Shown one piece after another: positions 36,307-44,990 of a stretch of 64,000 bases of DNA; the first letter of the stretch is position 1, and each line of letters starts with the position of its first letter. Under the pieces are notes generated by a model. It worked only from the letters and a program-made list of their open reading frames with translations. It was not told where the DNA came from and ran no database searches. Origin of the DNA: Candidatus Iainarchaeum sp. (GTDB taxonomy: Archaea; Iainarchaeota; Iainarchaeia; Iainarchaeales; JAFCCW01). The translations under genes were made by a program, and so were the position numbers. The stretch is taken from NCBI GenBank assembly GCA_017609985.1, contig JAFCCW010000004.1, forward strand, positions 23,558 through 87,557. Direction: 5' to 3'.

Positions 36307-39000
36307 TTATTTCTTTTTCTTCTTTTTTTCAAATTTCAACAGAGCCTTGTATGCGTTTTCTTCAGGAATATTCTCCATTTCAAAGCCTCTTGCCTTGCAC
36401 ACATCCACCATTATCCTGTTTTCCTTCATTATTGTGCCGTAAACCTGCTTTAATCCTCTTTTTCTTGCAATCTCAAGAATATAATCCATCATTTCGCTTC
36501 CCAGTCCCTTGCCCTGCCATGGATCCCCCACAACTATTGCAAACTCTGCACTCTCATTGTTTGGGTCGTGAATAAGCCTTACTACTCCGAGCATTTTTTT
36601 CTCACCTTTTTCTTCAGCTTCTGCAATAATTCCTATTTCTCGGTCATAGTCATTGTGAGTATATCTGACAAGCAAATCATGGGTTACCTCTTTGATTATC
36701 CTAAAAAATCTGTACTTCATGGTTTTCTCGCTAAATGTCTTGAACATTTCTGCTTCCATTGGCTCGTACTCTGGTCTGTTTGGCTTTAGCATGATTTTTT
36801 TTCCATCAACATTAATTTCTTTAATCAATTCCTTTGGATAAGGTCTTATTGCAAGATGTGAATAGGTTTCATCTTTTTCCTTTGGCTCGCTTTCAAGAAT
36901 AATTCTTGCATCAAGCACAACAGCACCCTGTTCATCAACTAAAACAGGATTCATATCAACCTCTTTTATTTCCGGAAAGTCAGCAAGCAAATAAGAAAAC
37001 CTAATAAGCATGTTTTCCAGCTCACGAATATTCGCAGGCTTCTTGTGCCGGTAACCCTTCATTGCATCAAACACTTTTGTTTCCTCCATAAGCCTTCTTG
37101 CAAGAGTCTGTGTTAGGGGTGGCAATGCAATATTTCTGTCCTTCATAACCTCAACTGCTGTTCCCCCTGCCCCAAAAACAATAACTGAACCAAACAAGCT
37201 GTCCTTTTTGGAACCAATCAATACCTCATAACCCTCTTTATTAATCATTCTTTGAACAGTGACTCCCTCTACTTTTGCATCTGGATTTGCTTTCTTCACA
37301 TTCTCCATTATTGTTGTAAAAGCAGTTTCAACTCCTTTTGTTGACTGCAGGTTAAGAATTACTCCTCCAACATCGCTCTTGTGAGTAACCTCTTTTGAAT
37401 CAATCTTGAGCACAACAGGAAATCCAATTTTTTCAGCTGCCTTTCCCGCTTCCAACCCATTCTCTGCCTTAACTGTTTCAACTGAATGAATTCCATACTC
37501 TTTCATAAAATTCTTGCTCTCTGCCTCTGTCAAAATCATTCTCTTTTCCCTGCACGCTCCGGAAATTATTCTTTTCAGTTCTTTCTTGTCTGGATTAATT
37601 CCTGAAACAACTGCTTCCGGTGTCTCGTAAAGAAGCTCTACATTGTGCTTGTATCTATACATGTTCATGAAAGTGCTCACAGCATCTTCCGGGGTAAAAT
37701 AATTTGGAATATTGTTACTGTGAAGAGTATTTACTGCTTCTCTCACTGAAGTCTCCCCAATAAAAGACGCAAACACTGGCTTATCTGTAAGCTTTGCATT
37801 TTCAATAATTGCCTTTGCGCTACCGGTTGCATCACTGCCATCCTGTGGAGTAAAGATTGCAAGAATTCCGTCAGCATCAGATTTTTTTGCGCAAACCCTT
37901 AGTGCTGAATCATATCTCTCTGCCTTTGCATCTCCCAAGATATCAACTGGATTGCTTCTGCTCCAACACTTTGGAAGAACCGCATCAAGCTCTTTTACTC
38001 CCTTACTGTTAAGCGAAGCAAGCTCTCCACCCTTTTCAATTAATTCATCAGTAGCCATTACTCCTGGTCCGCCTGCGTTTGTAATAATGCAGAGTTTTTT
38101 TCCTGAAGGACGGGGCTGCATTCCAAGAACCTGTGCACAGTTGAACAAGTCTTCAATATCATAAACACGAAGCACTCCAGCTCTCTTGAAAGCAGCATCA
38201 TATATTGCATCTTCCCCTGCCAAAGCACCAGTGTGGGAAGCAGCAGCCTCTGCACTCTCCGCAAACCTGCCGCTCTTAACAACAATTATTGGCTTGCTTC
38301 TGGCAAAACCTGAAGCAGCAGACATGAAAGATCGCGCATCCTTTATTGACTCAATATACAAAATAATACTGTGAGTGTGACTGTCTTCTCCAAAATAATC
38401 AATCAAATCACCAAAGTCAACGTCAAGCATTGAACCAATCGAAACAAAGTTGCTGAAACCAATGTTGTTGTAAGTAGCCCAGTCAATAACTGAAGTGCAG
38501 AGCGCACCAGACTGGCTTACAAAAGCAACACTTCCTTCCAACGGCATCATCGGAGCAAAGCTTGCATTAAGATTCAGTGGAGGCCGAATTATTCCAAGAC
38601 AATTTGGTCCAATAAGCCTCATGTTCTTTTTTCTGGCAGTTTCTGCAATATTTTGCTCTAGCTTTTTTCCCTCTTCATCCAACTCTCCAAATCCTGCTGA
38701 AACAATTACTGCACCGCCAACGTCTGAATCAGCACATTCTTGAATCACGCCTGGAACAAACTTTGCAGGAACAGCTACTACTGCTAAATCAATTTCTGCA
38801 GGCACTTCTTTTATTGAAGTATACGAGTGTATTCCCTGAACACTTTTATGGTTTGGATTAACTGGGTAAACAGTTCCCTCAAAACCTCTTCCAATCATGT
38901 TTTTGAGAAGAGAATAACCAACCGAACCCTGCTTTGAACTGGCTCCAACCACAGCAATATTCTTGGGAGAAAAAATCTTGTCCAAGTTCTTCGTACTCAA
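36307..39000 (-). CDS. ADP-forming acyl-CoA ligase family / GNAT acetyltransferase fusion (Pat/Pka-like)
   Basis: CoA-binding domain (VVGAS, GPNCLG, SQSG), ASHTGALAG, ATP-grasp (HKSDVGGV, DMNP) and C-terminal GNAT (WQGKGLG). Confidence 0.92.
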   Translation of the reverse strand: MSTKNLDKIFSPKNIAVVGASSKQGSVGYSLLKNMIGRGFEGTVYPVNPNHKSVQGIHSYTSIKEVPAEIDLAVVAVPAKFVPGVIQECADSDVGGAVIVSAGFGELDEEGKKLEQNIAETARKKNMRLIGPNCLGIIRPPLNLNASFAPMMPLEGSVAFVSQSGALCTSVIDWATYNNIGFSNFVSIGSMLDVDFGDLIDYFGEDSHTHSIILYIESIKDARSFMSAASGFARSKPIIVVKSGRFAESAEAAASHTGALAGEDAIYDAAFKRAGVLRVYDIEDLFNCAQVLGMQPRPSGKKLCIITNAGGPGVMATDELIEKGGELASLNSKGVKELDAVLPKCWSRSNPVDILGDAKAERYDSALRVCAKKSDADGILAIFTPQDGSDATGSAKAIIENAKLTDKPVFASFIGETSVREAVNTLHSNNIPNYFTPEDAVSTFMNMYRYKHNVELLYETPEAVVSGINPDKKELKRIISGACREKRMILTEAESKNFMKEYGIHSVETVKAENGLEAGKAAEKIGFPVVLKIDSKEVTHKSDVGGVILNLQSTKGVETAFTTIMENVKKANPDAKVEGVTVQRMINKEGYEVLIGSKKDSLFGSVIVFGAGGTAVEVMKDRNIALPPLTQTLARRLMEETKVFDAMKGYRHKKPANIRELENMLIRFSYLLADFPEIKEVDMNPVLVDEQGAVVLDARIILESEPKEKDETYSHLAIRPYPKELIKEINVDGKKIMLKPNRPEYEPMEAEMFKTFSEKTMKYRFFRIIKEVTHDLLVRYTHNDYDREIGIIAEAEEKGEKKMLGVVRLIHDPNNESAEFAIVVGDPWQGKGLGSEMMDYILEIARKRGLKQVYGTIMKENRIMVDVCKARGFEMENIPEENAYKALLKFEKKKKKK

Positions 39001-39216
39001 TAAATCACCCTTTGTTCATCAAATCTTTCTTAACTCAAAATAAAAAATAAAGAAAAAAAGCTATTAATATAGTTTGCGAGAAAAAATATTAATAAATCTA
39101 TTTGATTGTTTGTTCTGGAAAAATTCTTGGTCAATTTCCTCTTGCTCACTGTTCACACAAGAAAGCAAAAGAATTTAAAACAAAACGCAGACCAAATTAA
39201 TAGTAATGCGATTTTT

Positions 39217-39288
39217 GCCCCTGTAGTCTAATGGTTAGGATACAGCCCTGTCAAGGCTGTGATTCGGGTTCGAACCCCGGCGGGGGCG
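39217..39288 (+). tRNA. tRNA-Asp (GUC), intron-less, CCA not encoded
   Basis: Acceptor stem GCCCCTG/CGGGGGC, anticodon arm CAGCC-ctGTCaa-GGCTG, T loop TTCGAAC and G discriminator. TTTAAAA box at ~39174. Confidence 0.95.
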
Positions 39289-39300
39289 CTTTAATCCTTC

Positions 39301-39741
39301 TCATTCTTCCAAAATTCTTTTTTCAAAAAACCAGGCAAGCCCTATTCCTGCTAATGGAAGTTCTATCAGGGGAGCAAAAGCCCAGCTTGCAACAATTGCG
39401 AGAGGATAGTTCATTGAAGTAAGCACAAGAAACTGCCCGGGCACTGTTGCAACAATCCAGACAAGAAAGCCAAACACTAATCCTTTTTTGACAAATCCCC
39501 TGGCTTTAACACAGTCTCCAAGCTGTGAATAAACTCCAGCCATTGCTAAACCGTAAACAAATGGGTGAAGAAAAAACAAAAGCATCATTGGGTCGTCCCA
39601 AGCCCTCATTCCTGGTTGTCCAGCCAGCCACTCTCCATAATCTGGAATCATTGCTTCAAATGCAAAATTCATCATAATCATTATTAAAAAAATTATTACT
39701 CCTGCAACAAGACCTGCTCCAACAATCTTTTTCAAATTCAA
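39301..39741 (-). CDS. Four-TM membrane protein (DUF1761-like)
   Basis: Four hydrophobic segments with a KGLVFGFLVW motif; TTG start after GGTGA. Confidence 0.6.
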   Translation of the reverse strand: MNLKKIVGAGLVAGVIIFLIMIMMNFAFEAMIPDYGEWLAGQPGMRAWDDPMMLLFFLHPFVYGLAMAGVYSQLGDCVKARGFVKKGLVFGFLVWIVATVPGQFLVLTSMNYPLAIVASWAFAPLIELPLAGIGLAWFFEKRILEE

Positions 39742-39750
39742 TTAATCACC

Positions 39751-41316
39751 TCATAAAAAAATCTGCTTTACGCTAATAATGTTTTCAATGTTTTTTAATT
39801 TATCCATAACTTCTTCGCTGAGTGCAGAGTCAAGATTTATTATCGCAAGAGCTTTTTCTCCCTTGCTTTTTCTGCCAAGATGCCATTCTCCGATATTTAT
39901 TTTGTTTTCTCCAAGCAGGGTTCCCACTGCTCCAATTACTCCTGGCTTGTCGTAATTTTCCATGAGCAAAATTGTCCCAGCAGGGATAAAATCAGTATTG
40001 AATTCTTTAAGCTGGACAATTCTTTGCTTTTTTCCTTCAAGAATCGCTCCCTTTAAAACCTCGCTCTTGCTTCCATTGGATTTAACAGTTATCATGTTTG
40101 TGTAGTCTTCTTCTTCAAAACTTTTAGCCTGCTTTACTATGATGCCGTGCTTTGCCGCAATGACTGGGGAATTAACATAGTTTACTCCGTCTCTTATTCT
40201 GGAAAGCAATCCCTTGAGAAACGCAACAGTAACAAGTTTTATTCTTCCCTCCATTTCTCCCCGCGCCTCTATTTCAATTCCCTTGCCTGCATCCTCAAGC
40301 TGAGAATGCAGGTTTCCCATTGCCTCGGCAAGCTCAAGAAACGGTCTTAGCTTTATATAGTCCTCTCCTTCAAACGGCAGGTTTACAACATTTCTATAGC
40401 TTTTTTCTTTCAGTGCATCAGCAACCTGTTCTGCAAGCTGAATGGAAACTTTTTTCTGGCTCTCAAAAGTGTTTGCTCCAAGATGAGGAGTCACAAGAGT
40501 CTTTGGGTGCTTCACAAGCTTGCTTTCTTTTGGAGGTTCGTCTTCAAAAACATCAAGGCCTGCTCCATAAAGCTCTCCTTTGTCAAGAGCCTTAAGCAAT
40601 GCTTTTTCATTAACTATTCCTCCTCTGGCACAGTTAATTATCACAGCATTCTTTTTCATTTTTGAAATTTCCTTTTCTCCAATTAAATCTTTTGTTTCCG
40701 CATTCATTGGAGCGTGAATTGTAAGAACATCGCATTTCTCAAGCAGTTCCTCCAAGTCATCAACAAGTGTTGCTCCGCATTTCCATGCTCGTTCTTCTGG
40801 AATGTACGGGTCAAAGGCAAGCACCTCCATTTCAAATGCCTTGCATCTTTTTGCAATTCTGCTTCCAATTCTTCCAAGTCCAATTATTCCAACTGTTTTC
40901 TTGTAAAGCTCAAAACCAGTGAACTGTTTTCTTTTCCATTCTCCCTGTTTGAGGGAATCATTTGCATTAGGAATAGTTCTGCAAAGAGACAACAGCAAAG
41001 CCATTGTGTGTTCCACAGCACTAATTGTGTTCGCATCAGGAGTATTCATTACAATAATTCCTTTTTCAGAAGCACTGTCCAAATCTATGTTGTCAATCCC
41101 CACTCCGCCTCTGCCAACAAGTTTTAGTTTTCCAGAATTTTTCAAAAGCTCGCAATCAATCTTGGTTTCACTTCTCGTCAGCAGAGCATCAAATTCTCCA
41201 ATCAGGTCAAGCAATTCATTTCTTTTAATTCCTTGCTTTTCAACAACTTCAAAACCCTGTTCTCTTAGCATGTCAAGACCGCTTTTTTCAATTTCTCCAG
41301 TCACAAGGATTTTCAT
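39751..41316 (-). CDS. serA: D-3-phosphoglycerate dehydrogenase (long form, ASB + ACT)
   Basis: Motifs RGGVGIDNID, GLGRIG, NCARG, DVFEDEP and TPHLGA; C-terminal ACT domain DKPGVIG. Confidence 0.95.
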   Translation of the reverse strand: MKILVTGEIEKSGLDMLREQGFEVVEKQGIKRNELLDLIGEFDALLTRSETKIDCELLKNSGKLKLVGRGGVGIDNIDLDSASEKGIIVMNTPDANTISAVEHTMALLLSLCRTIPNANDSLKQGEWKRKQFTGFELYKKTVGIIGLGRIGSRIAKRCKAFEMEVLAFDPYIPEERAWKCGATLVDDLEELLEKCDVLTIHAPMNAETKDLIGEKEISKMKKNAVIINCARGGIVNEKALLKALDKGELYGAGLDVFEDEPPKESKLVKHPKTLVTPHLGANTFESQKKVSIQLAEQVADALKEKSYRNVVNLPFEGEDYIKLRPFLELAEAMGNLHSQLEDAGKGIEIEARGEMEGRIKLVTVAFLKGLLSRIRDGVNYVNSPVIAAKHGIIVKQAKSFEEEDYTNMITVKSNGSKSEVLKGAILEGKKQRIVQLKEFNTDFIPAGTILLMENYDKPGVIGAVGTLLGENKINIGEWHLGRKSKGEKALAIINLDSALSEEVMDKLKNIENIISVKQIFL

Positions 41317-42386
41317 TAATTCATCGCCTCAACAATTTCATTAATTGTTTCCAGCAATTCATTCACATCATTTAGGCTAGTGTCCCCCATGTGAGCAATC
41401 CTGAAAGTTCTTCCTGCAAGTTTTCCATATCCGTTTCCGATGAGAAAACCTTCTTTTTCAAGCTTTGAAATCAGCTCTGAAACATCAAGTCCTTTGTTGT
41501 TCTCAACAGCAGTAACTGTTAGGGATTCATAACCTGGTTCTGCAAACAAAGCCCATTCTTCTTCCGCCCATCCCTGAACAAGCTTTGCCATTTCCCAATG
41601 CCTCTCAAATCTCTGCTCCAGCCCCTCATCAAGAATTTCATTCAGTTTATGGTTTAGTGCATAAATTTGTGGAATTGCAGGAGTGCTTGGAGTCTGTGCT
41701 TTTTTATCATATTTTGCAAACTCTGTAAAGTCAAAATAATGCCCCCTGTTTTTGGTTTCAGAAGCTCGCTTAATTGCTCTGTCTGAAACAGATGCCATTG
41801 CAAGTCCTGGAGGGATAGCAAGACATTTTTGAGAAGATGCAAGAAGCACATCTATTCCAAGCTTGTCTGTTTCAATTTTTACTCCCCCCAAAGAACTCAC
41901 TGCATCAACACAAAACATTGTTTCAGGAAAGTCTTGCACAATTTTTGCAATTTTTTCAAGCTTGTTCATGGCACCGGTTGAAGTTTCATTATGAGTTAAA
42001 AAAACAGCATCAAATTTTTCTTTGCTCAACTGTTCTTCAACATCCCCTGCCTTGATTCCCAAACCCCAGTCATATTCAAGCTTTTCTGCTTTCTTTCCAT
42101 TTGCTTTTGCTATCTTAAACCATTTCTCGCTGAAAGCTCCGTTTACAAGATGAAGAGATTTGTTCTGGACAAGATTTCTTGTAGCTGCTTCCATGAGTCC
42201 GCTTCCGGAAGAAGTTGACAAAAAAATTCTGTTATCAGTAAACATTATTTTTCTTAAATTTCCAGTGACCTCTCTGTAAAGTTTAGAAAAGTCTTCTGAC
42301 CTGTGCCCAATCATCTGTTTTGAAAGACTGTTTCTAGTATTTTCACACAAGTTAACAGGCCCTGGAATAAACATTCTCTTAATCAT
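41316..42386 (-). CDS. Class V PLP aminotransferase (serine-pyruvate/phosphoserine aminotransferase type), probable SerC role
   Basis: Motifs IPGP, HNETSTG, DAVSS, SQK (PLP Lys) and FRIAHMG; overlaps both serB and serA. Confidence 0.88.
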   Translation of the reverse strand: MIKRMFIPGPVNLCENTRNSLSKQMIGHRSEDFSKLYREVTGNLRKIMFTDNRIFLSTSSGSGLMEAATRNLVQNKSLHLVNGAFSEKWFKIAKANGKKAEKLEYDWGLGIKAGDVEEQLSKEKFDAVFLTHNETSTGAMNKLEKIAKIVQDFPETMFCVDAVSSLGGVKIETDKLGIDVLLASSQKCLAIPPGLAMASVSDRAIKRASETKNRGHYFDFTEFAKYDKKAQTPSTPAIPQIYALNHKLNEILDEGLEQRFERHWEMAKLVQGWAEEEWALFAEPGYESLTVTAVENNKGLDVSELISKLEKEGFLIGNGYGKLAGRTFRIAHMGDTSLNDVNELLETINEIVEAMN

Positions 42387-43230
42387 CCTGTTTCACCTTC
42401 AATAAAGAATTTAGGTGGCTTCTTATTTTAATTGCTTTTCCTGAAAAATCAACCTGTTCAATCGCAAGTCTTGTTCCCTTTTTTGCAAGCAGGTCTCCAC
42501 CTTCAACAGCTTTCTTTAGTTTCTCTTGTCCAAGAGCAATTGCGTAAAAAGGAGCAAGTGATTCACAATTAATATAAACATCTGATTCTTTCTTCACGTT
42601 CTCTCTTTTCTCCACTCCACCGTATCCTGCAAAAAGCCCCACCTGATTTTTTACTTCAAGATCGCTTGACCCGTCACCAGTGTATATTATTTCCTCTGGC
42701 TTCGCTCCAATTGATTTAATCATCTCAATCTTTCCCTCGCTTTTCCATAAGGGGGATTTTTTATCAAATCCGATGAATTCCTGTTTTTTTCCATTTTCAA
42801 AATCAGAGTAATTCCACCAGTTTCCTGAAAGCTGGTCAAAGAACAATGGAACTGCGAGCACGTTCTTTTTTCTTATTCCAAGTCTCCAGGCAAATTTTTT
42901 CACTGGCTCTGAATAGCCTCCGCTTACAACAAAAACTTCAATTCCATTTTTCCTTAGACTTTCCACAGTTTGCTTTGCATCTTCAACTGCATTCTTTGTG
43001 TAAAGCTTCACCAGCTTTTCAATCTGTTCTCTTGACGGATTAATTATTTTCAGTCTTTTTTGAAAAACCTGTTCAAGTGGAATCTCTCCATCCATTGCTT
43101 TTTTTGTAAGCTCTTCAACTGCCTCAAACTTTCCCGCCAAGCGTGCTAGCTCGTCAATTCCCTCTATTCGTGAAAGCGTGGAATCACAATCAAAAACCGC
43201 AACTCTAAAACTGTTATCAAACAAGAACAA
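42379..43230 (-). CDS. serB: HAD-IB phosphoserine phosphatase
   Basis: Motifs FDCDSTL, EGIDELA, T..AMDG, VSGG and GDGSSD; TTG start after GGTGG. Confidence 0.88.
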   Translation of the reverse strand: MFLFDNSFRVAVFDCDSTLSRIEGIDELARLAGKFEAVEELTKKAMDGEIPLEQVFQKRLKIINPSREQIEKLVKLYTKNAVEDAKQTVESLRKNGIEVFVVSGGYSEPVKKFAWRLGIRKKNVLAVPLFFDQLSGNWWNYSDFENGKKQEFIGFDKKSPLWKSEGKIEMIKSIGAKPEEIIYTGDGSSDLEVKNQVGLFAGYGGVEKRENVKKESDVYINCESLAPFYAIALGQEKLKKAVEGGDLLAKKGTRLAIEQVDFSGKAIKIRSHLNSLLKVKQDD

Positions 43231-43273
43231 GCACCACCAAAAATTTTTGAATGCCTGCTTTATAGTGAGCAGG
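43226..43273 (-). promoter_or_regulatory. Alternative RNA helices (putative attenuator) covering the serB SD and start codon
   Basis: AGCAGG can pair with upstream CCUGCU, or AGCAGGCAUU can pair with GGUGCUUGUU (SD plus UUG start). Confidence 0.55.
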
Positions 43274-43325
43274 AAGATGACGAACTAGAACAAGAGCAAA
43301 AAACTGAATTTCTCAGGGCCATCAT
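43260..43325 (-). CDS. Putative Ser/Cys-rich leader peptide of the serine operon (MMALRNSVFCSCSSSSSSCSL)
   Basis: 21-codon ORF with 9 Ser and 3 Cys. Six consecutive Ser are encoded TCT AGT TCG TCA TCT TCC. Ends 29 nt before the serB start. Confidence 0.7.
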   Translation of the reverse strand: MMALRNSVFCSCSSSSSSCSL

Positions 43326-43364
43326 AAAATAATAAAGGCTCTACTTGTTTTTATTCTTTTCCAA

Positions 43365-44099
43365 CTATGAAAAAACTAGTTTAAACAAATACATTAAGCT
43401 TATTCCAATCGCAAAAGCTCCAAGCGCAGCAACAGACTTTTTCCAGCTTGTTTCCTTTTTTATTTCCGGAATCAAGCCAGATGCTGCAATGTACATAAAA
43501 CTTCCAGCAGTAAATGGGATAAGAGAAACAGCAAGCCAGCCAATATTTCCCATTATAAAATACCCTACAAGTCCGCCGATTATAACAGTCAGTGCAGAAG
43601 CAAAATTAAACAAAAGAGCTTTCATTTTGCTGAATCCGCCATAAACAAGAACTCCAAAATCGCCTATCTCCTGTGGAATTTCATGAAGTGCAACAGCAAA
43701 AAACGTGGTTATTCCAAGCTCAAAACTGGTTAGAAAAGATGCAGCTAAAATTAACCCATCAATAAAATTATGAAAACCATCTCCAATAAGAATCAGGTAT
43801 GACAAAGAATGCTGTTCACATTTTCCGCTGTGACAGTGATGCCAGTGAAGAAATTTTTCAATCGCCAAAAAAACACTAAATCCAATTATTGCAAGAACAA
43901 ACGCACCAATTCCTGGAATTTGCTCTGCAGCTTCAGGCAGCAGATGGAGTAAGGCACCGCCCATAAAAGCTCCTGCTGATAGTCCAACAAGAACAAGCAG
44001 TATCTTGTCCAAAATCTTGTCATTAATTGCAAGTGATACAATGCCTACAAATGCAATAAGTGCAATCGCAAAACTGCTTCCTAAAATCCATTCAAGTAT
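43365..44099 (-). CDS. ZIP family metal transporter
   Basis: Motifs HLLPEA, HWHHCH, DGFHNFIDG and HEIPQEIGDF. The frame stays open upstream of the ORF-track start to an ATA at 44099, adding TM1. Confidence 0.92.
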   Translation of the reverse strand: MLEWILGSSFAIALIAFVGIVSLAINDKILDKILLVLVGLSAGAFMGGALLHLLPEAAEQIPGIGAFVLAIIGFSVFLAIEKFLHWHHCHSGKCEQHSLSYLILIGDGFHNFIDGLILAASFLTSFELGITTFFAVALHEIPQEIGDFGVLVYGGFSKMKALLFNFASALTVIIGGLVGYFIMGNIGWLAVSLIPFTAGSFMYIAASGLIPEIKKETSWKKSVAALGAFAIGISLMYLFKLVFS

Positions 44100-44990
44100 C
44101 TAATCACCTATTTCTCCAAGAACACTTTCAACAATTGGCTCGAACAGTTTTTCAATCTTTGTACTGAATTCAACAGCAGGTTTCAGTTCCACAAGAGACT
44201 TTACAAAATCCTTGTCATAGGGGATTTTTCCAAGAACAGGAATCCCACTCTCTTTCGCAAAGATCTCTATTTCCTCTGTTTTTTCAGGATTCAAATCCCA
44301 TTGATTAATTATTATTCCATAAGGAATTCCAAATTGTTCCACAACCTGTAGGGCTCGTTTAAGGTCACTAAATCCGCTGGGGGTTGTTTCAGCTATTCCA
44401 ACAACAAAATCGCTTTCCCTTACTGCCGCAATAACCGGGCAACCAATTCCAGCAGCAGCATCCACTATAACCAATTCTGTATTTTCTTCTTCCGCAAGCT
44501 CTCTTGCAGCTTGCTTTACTTCATCAACAACTTTTCCAGAACCAGATTCTCCCATTTCAAGCTGGGCTCCAACCATCTTGAACCCATAATCTGTTTCTCC
44601 TCTCACTGCACTTGCATTCTCTATTTCCACAAGCTTGATTGCTCCAGCAGGACAGGCAAGAGCACATGCTCCGCAGCCCTCACAAAGAAATCTATTGAAC
44701 ACTGGTTTCTCTCCTGGTTTCCACGAAATCGCATTAAAGGCACAAATCTCCGCACACTTTCCGCAAGCAAGACATTTTTCTTCTGAAAAACTTGACTTGT
44801 GAGCCGCCTTTATTTTTTCTACTTCTTTTAACTTGTTTTTAAGACCAAGGGAAATTGCAAGATTTGGAGCATCAACATCAGCATCAACTGCCACAATCTT
44901 TTTTTCTTTTGCAATCATTACTGCAAGCGATGCGGTTATGGTTGTCTTTCCCGTGCCACCCTTTCCTGACAAAATAGTTAGGGTCTTCAT
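44100..44990 (-). CDS. MinD-superfamily P-loop ATPase with inserted ferredoxin domain (COG1149)
   Basis: Motifs SGKGGTGKT, DADVDAPN, two CxxCxxCxxxC and D.AAGIGCPV. Confidence 0.92.
   Translation of the reverse strand: MKTLTILSGKGGTGKTTITASLAVMIAKEKKIVAVDADVDAPNLAISLGLKNKLKEVEKIKAAHKSSFSEEKCLACGKCAEICAFNAISWKPGEKPVFNRFLCEGCGACALACPAGAIKLVEIENASAVRGETDYGFKMVGAQLEMGESGSGKVVDEVKQAARELAEEENTELVIVDAAAGIGCPVIAAVRESDFVVGIAETTPSGFSDLKRALQVVEQFGIPYGIIINQWDLNPEKTEEIEIFAKESGIPVLGKIPYDKDFVKSLVELKPAVEFSTKIEKLFEPIVESVLGEIGD

Noticed and set aside
39231-39422. 63-aa plus-strand ORF
   Set aside because: It overlaps tRNA-Asp and the antisense strand of the next gene.
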